From Octopus sinensis (lineage: Eukaryota): a stretch of 64,000 nucleotides of DNA. Where the stretch lies: NCBI RefSeq assembly GCF_006345805.1, contig NC_043001.1, forward strand, positions 10,912,001-10,976,000, written 5' to 3'. How positions within the stretch are numbered: position 1 is the first letter of the stretch; every line of letters starts with the position of its first letter. The notes under the pieces are model-generated. The model had not been told where the DNA came from, searched no databases, and saw only the letters and a list, made by a program, of their open reading frames with translations. The position numbers and the translations under genes are program-made. This document shows, in pieces, positions 62,161 to 64,000 of this stretch.

Positions 62161-62442
62161 ACCAACTTCACCCATTCATAATACTTGCGTTCGAATGCAG
62201 CGAAGAGTAAAAATCTCCGTGATTGAAGGAATATATGAAATCTATTTTACCAGATTATATCAGTGACAGAAGCTATACATAACATTTCACATAGAAATGC
62301 TGCGTTGAATGTTACTGAATTAATCTATCTCACCATTCATTAACCATTTTTCAAAGAGCATCTTCAATATATTTCATTTTTGCCTTCTCATAACTTCAAA
62401 TATTTTCTCTATCTTTGCGTTATATTCTTTACTGGTTTCAGT

Positions 62443-62820
62443 GTGGAGGCGCAATGGCCTAGTGGTTAGGGCAGCGAACTCGCGGTGGTAGGATCGCGGT
62501 TTCGATTCCCAGACCGGACGTTGTGAGTGTTTATTGAGCGAAAACACCTAAAGCTCCACGAGGCTCCGGCAGGGGATGGTGGTAATCCCTGCTGTACTCT
62601 TTCACCACAACTTTCTCTCACTCTTACTTCCTGTTTCTGTTGTACCTGTATTTCAAAGGGCCAGCCTTGTCACTCTCTGTGTCACGCTGAATATCCCCGA
62701 GAACTACGTTAAAGGTACACGTGTCTGTGGAGTGCTCAGCCACTTACACGTTAATTTCACGAGCAGGCTGTTCCGTTGATTCGAATCAACCGGAACCCTC
62801 GTCGTCGTAACCGACGGAGT
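62443..62820 (+). mobile_element. SINE C nested in the tail of an old B copy
   Basis: TSD 'actggtttcagt' at 62431-62442 and ~62840-62851; A-rich tail. Confidence 0.93.
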
Positions 62821-62839
62821 AAAATTAAAAAAGAAAAGA

Positions 62840-63204
62840 CTGGTTTCAGTCATTAGACTACGGCCATTCTGGGAGCAGATTTTTAAGAGTCCTACTTATT
62901 CTACCGGATTCTCTCACCGAACCGCTAAGTTAATTGAATTAATTAATTAAAAGTTAATTAAAATAAGTTGGTGTGTTTACGTCTCCGTAAATACACCAAC
63001 ACCGGGAACAAACAAAGACACACACACACATGTGTGTATGTGCATTTGTGCATGTAGGCTTCTTTCAGTTTCCGTCTACCAAAACCACGCAGAAGCCTGT
63101 GGTCGAACCAAGGTTATCGTAGAAGTCACTTATCGAAGTAGGACTGAACCGGAGATCATCTGGTTGGGAAGCAAGCTTCTGACCACACAGCCACGCTTGC
63201 ACCT

Positions 63205-63242
<38 letters not shown>

Positions 63243-63760
63243 TAATCTATCTCACCATTCATAACCGGTTTTCAAAGAGCATCTTCAACATATTTCATTT
63301 TCGCCTTTCTTCTCATAACTTCAAATATTTTCTCTGTGTTTTATCCATTACTGGTTTCAGTCATTAGATTACGGTCATTCTGAGAGCACAGCCTTGGTCA
63401 AAAAAATCGACACAAGTACGCAGTTTTTTAAGGGTCCAAAATATTCTACCGGACTCTCTCATGAACCGCTAAGTTACGGAAACCTAAACACACAAACACC
63501 AGTTGTTAAAAGGAAGGTGGTGGGGAACAAAGACACACACACGTGTTTGTGTGTGCGTGTGCGTGTGTGTGTGTGCGTGTGTGTGCATGTGTGCATGTGG
63601 GATTCTTTCAGTTTCCGTCTACCAAATCCATGTACAAGGCTTTGCTCGAGCTGAGTCTATCGTAGAAGTCACTTGTCCAAGGTGCTCAGTAGTAGGACTG
63701 AACCGGAGACCTTTGTGGTTGGGAAGCAAGCTTCTGACTACCCAGCCACGCTTGCGCCTA
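62840..63760 (-). mobile_element. Two tandem old SINE B copies (62840-63210 and 63350-63760)
   Basis: Each B copy is preceded by the same ~120-bp unique flank (62322-62442 and 63243-63361). Confidence 0.85.
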
Positions 63761-64000
63761 CACACACACACACATAGAAGCGCACACACACTTACACACA
63801 CATTTACATACACATATATGTACGCATGTGATTCTGTGCGCGCATGCGTATGAGGCTGTGGTGTGCGAATTGAGTGTGTATATATGAGCGTAAAGGAAAC
63901 AAAACGAATAGTGAAATCTAGAAATATCTAATTATCACCATCCTCATTATCATAATCACCATCAACATCATCATCATCATCATCATCATCATCTTCATCA

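Overview
AT-rich, repeat-saturated animal genomic DNA. The repeat families and microsatellite load look like an octopus/coleoid cephalopod genome; this is pattern recognition, not a database match. There is one 100-N assembly gap (44267-44366). No intact host protein-coding gene, true tRNA/rRNA gene or CRISPR array can be supported. Nearly all ORF-track entries are microsatellite or SINE translations, and only a few weak exon candidates remain. The window contains: (i) dozens of tRNA-derived SINEs in a few families, labelled A-D here, including all four head/tail combinations of C and D; (ii) 5'-truncated or decayed non-LTR retrotransposons (RTE, CR1/L2-type, R4/Dong-type, and an L1/Tx1-like zinc-knuckle ORF1); (iii) MITEs with TIRs and TSDs (hAT-like, Tigger-like, and a GGTAC-ended 9-bp-TSD family carrying telomere-like TTAGGG arrays) and non-autonomous Helitrons; (iv) Penelope-like (GIY-YIG) relics. 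The most interesting layer is absent from the ORF track: about ten minimal type-I hammerhead-ribozyme motifs with palindromic stem III, in several unrelated small elements. Most sit in fold-back structures embedded in (TA)n, and one lies downstream of a tRNA-like Pol III head.
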